NCBI RefSeq assembly: GCF_964355755.1
Contig: NC_092671.1
Coordinates: forward strand, 18,910,001 to 18,974,000
Length of the DNA stretch: 64,000 nt
Direction of reading: 5' to 3'
Origin: Antedon mediterranea
Lineage: Eukaryota; Animalia; Echinodermata
Shown here: positions 58,581-64,000 of the stretch, in pieces
Layout: each line of letters starts with the position of its first letter
Numbering within the stretch: the first letter of the stretch is position 1
The notes under the pieces: model-generated
What the model saw: the letters and a program-made list of their open reading frames with translations, nothing else
Told to the model about the DNA's origin: nothing
Databases searched by the model: none
Position numbers and translations under genes: made by a program

Positions 58581-60600
58581 TCAGGGGAGGCTTAACAAGT
58601 CAGAATAAATTCCAACTTTAATTCGCAACGGTTTTAAAAATAATATCGTGTATAATATGTAAATCATTGTGTGATCATAGATAAGTTTTTCAAGAATCTT
58701 TGAAAAGAAAGTAAGAACAGAAATTGGTCGATAATTGTTGGGATCAGATTTGTTACCTTTTTTGTATATAGGAGTGACCTTTGCTGTTTTCATGCTTTTA
58801 GGGAAGGATCCTGTGGATAAAGATAAGTTGCAAATATTAGTAAGTGGAGAAAGAATAAGGTCTATTGATTTTTTAACAACATTGCCACATATATCATCAA
58901 TTCAAGCAGCCTTGTTGTTTTTGAAAGAGTTGACAATTTTTTTAAAAAAAAGAACCTCATGTTCCGAAACTGGAGATAAAAAAAGGGAATTTGGAGTAGG
59001 AGGACTAAGATAGTGACGGAAACTATTGATAGAACTAGTGTCGATTTCTTTTGCTAATTCAGGCCCTATATTGGTAAAATGGTTATTTAATAAGTTGGAC
59101 ACCATTTTCAGGTCTTTTGTTAGATTTCCATTACTCATTATCTCAATGTTAGGAATTGTGTTGTTTGATGGTTTAAGTATAGAGTTTATAGTACGCCAAG
59201 TAGCTTTAATATTGGATTTGTTTTCATTAAAAAAGTTTTTATAATAATCCACTTTAACACTTTTTAGAAGATTATTAATTTTTAACTCATTACGATACTT
59301 TTTGTATTTCAATATATTAGCGTTGGAAGGGTGCCGAATGCTCTTGAGATAAAGTTTTTGTTTGTATGAGATGGAGGTTAAAAGCCCGTTGGTCATCCAA
59401 GGTTTTAATTTCTTTTTAGTTTTAGGTGGATCTAACAAAGGGAAGTTCCTATCATATAGGGCTTTGTACTTTACGAAAAAGTATCATACGCTTCGTCAGG
59501 GTCTAATTTATCTAAGACATCATTCCACGATGTTATTGACAGATCATTTCGAAAGTGATGAATATTGTTTTCATTAAATTTTCTAAATTTACGCTTCACT
59601 TTGTCTGTAGACTTACTTGAATTAGTAATGTTCACAGTGAAAACGGGAAGGTGATCAGTTGCGTCACTAATGACAATGCCGCTCGTTGAAGAGTCTAGAC
59701 TGTTTGAGAAAATGTTATCAAGAAGAGTGGCAGAACTGGGAGTTATTCTTGTGGGTCTGTGGATAAGAGGATAAAAGGAATTGTTAAATAGACAATGGAC
59801 AAAATCATTTACATTATTATTTGAATCAAATTTTAAAATATCGACATTAAAATCACCTAAAAGGTGTAAAAAAAGGCATATTAATTTCTTGAGGTCTATA
59901 TATAGTACCTATTAGAATAGATTCTTTGTCTGTATGCACTTCAATAAATTGTGATTCACTATTGAGTAGAAGTTAAATCATCTCTGGTTGAATAATAGCG
60001 TGTATTATCATTTACAAAAATTCCAGTTCCTCCACATTTATATGAACGAGGATTGCAAAGAAATGTATAGTTGGGTATCTGAATAAGTGGGCTTGGGTGA
60101 TCCATCCATGTTTCTGTAATTGAAATAATATTGAAATTAAAGTTTAAAGATTGAATGCAATCATAGATAGAATCTATTTAGATAGAAATTGTTTTGCAGG
60201 CTTCTGGCATTAAAATGGACACAAGAAAAGTTAAATTGGGTTTTGTCAATAAACTGAGTGTTAAATTCATTTGGCAGGTAATAATTTGAGATATTTATGT
60301 CATTAAAAAAATTATCTGGGTCTATATCGTCGAATTGTCTACTGTGTGTAGAGGGGTTAAAAACTAAATTAGAGAGTCGGTCATGGTTATTATTTTGGTT
60401 TTGTGCTTCCATATTATTAACAAACAAATAAAAATAGTTAGATTTGAATAATAAAAAACTAAAAGCTTAGAGCTTGAATTACAGTACACAACATAACTCA
60501 CAAGTCTATTAACTATCAACATTAAGAAGTGAGTAACTTTGAAAAACAACATTTGAGAATAGCAACTTTTCTCTTATATATACATATATACACATTATAT
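58581..60600 (-). mobile_element. Degenerate L2/Crack-type LINE ORF2 (APE + start of RT)
   Basis: DIDPD, HFNARSL, ITETW, PTRIT, LDNIF, KPWMT, HFTNIG, KTAKVTPIYKKG, NYRPISVL. Cut at ~58600. Confidence 0.85.
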
Positions 60601-60653
60601 CACATGGAATAGGTTATACAGCAGTATGGTGCTGTTGGGTAAAATTGTATCAA

Positions 60654-62107
60654 CTAGATGGTACGCTCGCTTCGCTCGCGTACCATCTAGGTCGTGCCCA
60701 CAGATGGTTCTCGAATACATAATAATTTCGGCGTTAAAAAACTGGCGATTTCAAATGTACGTACCGCAGGACAATAATACATGTCGTTTACAGGAACGAA
60801 TAAATAGACACTGTGATTTATGTACTGAACTAAAATTAGCACCCTGGGAATTACTTCCGAAAGAGAAACTTGTCACAAAATGAGACCAATTGTTTAAGTC
60901 AAATTTAAACCAACTTAATTTGTGTTTTGTATGTAACATTAGGGTTGAGGGATGGGAAAGAGGATGGGTGCAAAGAGGAACAATTTTTAAATATATTCTT
61001 TATCCATGTAGTAACGAAATATTAATTGTTTTCATGTTTTACAAATAATATACCACTAAACACAGTAAAACATTGCGATGTAATACTTTGTTGAAACTAT
61101 CACCGTCCTAGTCGATTGAAATAGTATAGTACATGTAACGATACATCACTACGACGTGTATAATATGTTTATATAATGTAAAACAATTTGTGAAAACCAC
61201 CCCTATTCGTGGCAAATCATAAATTCGATTTAATCGTCAATAAATATTAAATTATCTAACTCAACTTAATTAGTAGGCCTAATGGTTTTCAATTGTTTCT
61301 TAGAGCCAATTCATACTTAAGTTGGTTCCTAACCCTACCCGCCAAAGTTGTTCTGCGTTTAGGGCATGTGATGCACCGTAGGCCTATCCTCTACTGGCTT
61401 TACAACGCTACTCATGCCAGTGAAGGAAGGGTGATTATGTCACGTGGGTGGTTTAACTGCAATAATAAAGATTTGTACATAATATACGGCGACTGAAAAC
61501 GCTAGCTCATTATCCGTTAAAAAAAAAATCTATATCCAACCTCTGCAGCACAGATTGAAAAAAAAATGGATCGAATTTCTGTTATGAGTATACAGTACTT
61601 GCCTTTACGACGCCTGAGGGAATAGACACTTGTGGAACAGAGATTGGAATGTTCCATTCATTTCAAATCAATACATTTGCATAAACGTATATTAAATCTA
61701 TCAAAATAGTATTTTTTTAAGAAAATCGGCCTATCTTCAACATTATGATACTGTACTCGAGCTTTTCAACCGGTTTTCAGCTATTAAAAACAATTATCGT
61801 AGGAGGAGATAGGAAAATGCGAAGCCTCCTCGCATTTTTGTGGCGGGTATTTTTCAAGATGGACATCCATTAGACAGTGTATACCACGATCGGAAAACAC
61901 CCCTATTTGGGGCAAATCGTTGAACCTAAATTCGTTTTAATCGTCAATAACTAATTATCGAACTCAACTTAATTAGTAAACAGGGTTACATCAGGCGGTT
62001 AAAATCAGTACCGAAAGTACGAACCAACTTCATATACCATCGAGTAAACATTCTATAAATAACGCGCGATTTACCGAATTTTGCCCTTACGTAAATTTAT
62101 ATATAGA
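60654..62107 (-). mobile_element. Non-autonomous Helitron, copy 2
   Basis: Same TC...hairpin-CTAG termini as 25569-27005, A|T insertion site, shared terminal several hundred bp, different central segment. Confidence 0.9.
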
Positions 62108-62972
62108 TAATAATTGAGTTGATTAGGGCCTATCTAAGTTTAAATTAATACAATTTGGATTAATTTAATTTTTATTTTTTTTCTGTTATTGTTATACTGT
62201 AAATATATATTAATGCATTATTTGTAATTCGATTACTTGCATAAATTTTAATCTAATAGTGGATGAATCGTATTACAAAGTGTTAAACGTTAATAAACAG
62301 AAGGTGGGAGCGGTATTGTTAATTGTTAATCAGAAAAGGAACAGCATTGCACAATGGTTGGTAGTTTGATACTTACCTGACTGAACGTTGAATACTGAAC
62401 GTCGAACGTGTCTCACCATACCGGCGAGAGACGGCAAAAATACAAACGAATGTAATAGCATGTGAAATGGCGTGGGCTCGTTTACCTTGTGAATAAAATG
62501 TATTTGATTGAAACATTAAAACGCTTTAAAAATTAAATCAAACATCTTTACTTACAGTGATTTTTAGACGAGTTTTACAATAACAAACCTGTTTACCCTT
62601 ACTCAAATTATAATATTATTATATATATATAAATTACAAATTTAGTAATCATAAATAGGACTTTTACATTGTATAACATTTTTTATTATATATTATTACA
62701 TATAGTGTTCTAATACTTTCACATAATGAAGGGTTCTCCTCCATGGTAAGAGCATTAGTTGGTCTCCCGAGTAAACATCTGGTTTATGAATGGGTAACAT
62801 GTAGGGTGCTATCATCTTGGTCAATTTAAATTCTTCGGCAATCAATTTCAAAGGAGGCCGGACTCAAGTGAGTGCTTCTGTGTTTAACCATCCCCCTAAC
62901 ATTCTAATTAAATGACATAGGATCAACTATTTCTAGATCAGATGGTTCTGGTGTTAGATCAAGATGTGGTGC

Positions 62973-63070
62973 CAGTGGTAGCGCCAACGGGGGGGGGGGC
63001 TACGGGGGCTGTAGCCCCCTCGTCGGGGAGCCTAGCCCCCATGTCGGGGAACGCGAGTACTTTTCTTCGG
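62973..63070 (+). mobile_element. Possible hAT-like MITE terminus
   Basis: CAGTGG start followed by gggggctacgggggctgtagccccc GC-rich palindromes. The partner end was not located. Confidence 0.35.
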
Positions 63071-64000
63071 GGAATATAATATAAAGTAAAAATCATTCGC
63101 GTTCACTTCGTAGCTTCAGCGACTAGAAACCCACGAAGTTCCATTGTTGTTAAGTACGTCGGGGGGCTATTACACTTTATTATGCATGCATTATTACCAG
63201 CGATCTAATAAACAATAGGTATGCACTTGTCTGGCGGTGTCCCTTTGTACGAATCGTTTAACATTGGGCCCGGCCCATTGCGGTTTACGCGTGATATCAT
63301 GTTCCACCCAGGGACGACCAGAATGTGTACTGTAGTTACTTTCCAGGCGAAGTTTACTGACGCGTTACGTCGTGTACTACTGTGTATTGACAGTACAGCA
63401 AAAGGGTACGAATTATCTTCGCGATCTATTTTATTGTTCGTATGTTCAATTTTTTAATTTACGATTACCGTGGGGTACCTGAACCTGAAATAGACGTTTT
63501 TCACTGTAGGCTCGGCCTACATTACTAAACAAAAAACATGCCATCTTATTATAGCTAAGTTATTACATTTCCGATGTCCTGTATGTCATGAACTGCTCGT
63601 ACATCGAAATTCCAGATTAACATCTGGGAAATAAACTGATTTCCCCGACGGAAAATGGTCTACGCTTGTGGACACATTCCCCTCCAAATAAAAGGTAAAA
63701 AGGGTAACTTGTTTAGGCCTCTATGTCTGAATTTTTTTTAAGTATAGGTGTAATTTTTGAAGACCTGCATCTCTAGTTTTCAAAATTGTCTTAGCTCAAC
63801 CGTCCCCAATTATAGAGCTGGTCATGTATACTTACCGTACATTTTGTTTCATATTTCGATGTACAATATACAGTCAGTGCATTGAACCTAGAGCTCTATT
63901 TTTTCAATTTTTTTTATATCCATGGTAGGGCTGGTTCTGGAGACGTACCGGTATATATCTTGTTTTATGCTTCGAAGTAAGTTAAATTTCCGGGCACCTA

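Noticed and set aside
62370-62380. ATACTTACCTG as the U1 snRNA 5' end
   Set aside because: The downstream sequence does not continue as U1 (no GCAGGGG stem, no Sm site). It is better explained as an antisense splice donor.

Overview
AT-rich, intron-containing animal genomic DNA dominated by transposable elements. The actin intron pattern suggests an invertebrate deuterostome such as an echinoderm (inference). Host-gene content is sparse: (i) an apparently intact but highly divergent 4-exon actin gene on the minus strand (31510->23223, ~380 aa) with substitutions concentrated in the nucleotide loops and pointed-end face; (ii) a chain of frame-preserving phase-1 micro-exons (7317->2637, minus) missed by the ORF track; (iii) an isolated LDLa+CUB exon (~47900-48251, plus). 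Mobile elements: a truncated BEL/Pao element interrupted by a full-length CR1-type LINE; a second, 5'-truncated CR1 copy in actin intron 2 that is itself interrupted by a Helitron; a young BEL/Pao element with both LTRs and TSD, nested inside two MITEs; an intact L2/Crack-type ORF; Penelope, Tx1/L1, L2 and Helentron remnants; two multi-kb foldback (inverted-repeat) elements. Decayed intronless USP (C19), Ulp1-like (C48) and GTF2I-repeat coding fragments are also readable. No CRISPR array, rRNA or intact tRNA was seen. Family calls come from manual motif reading; no database searches were run.
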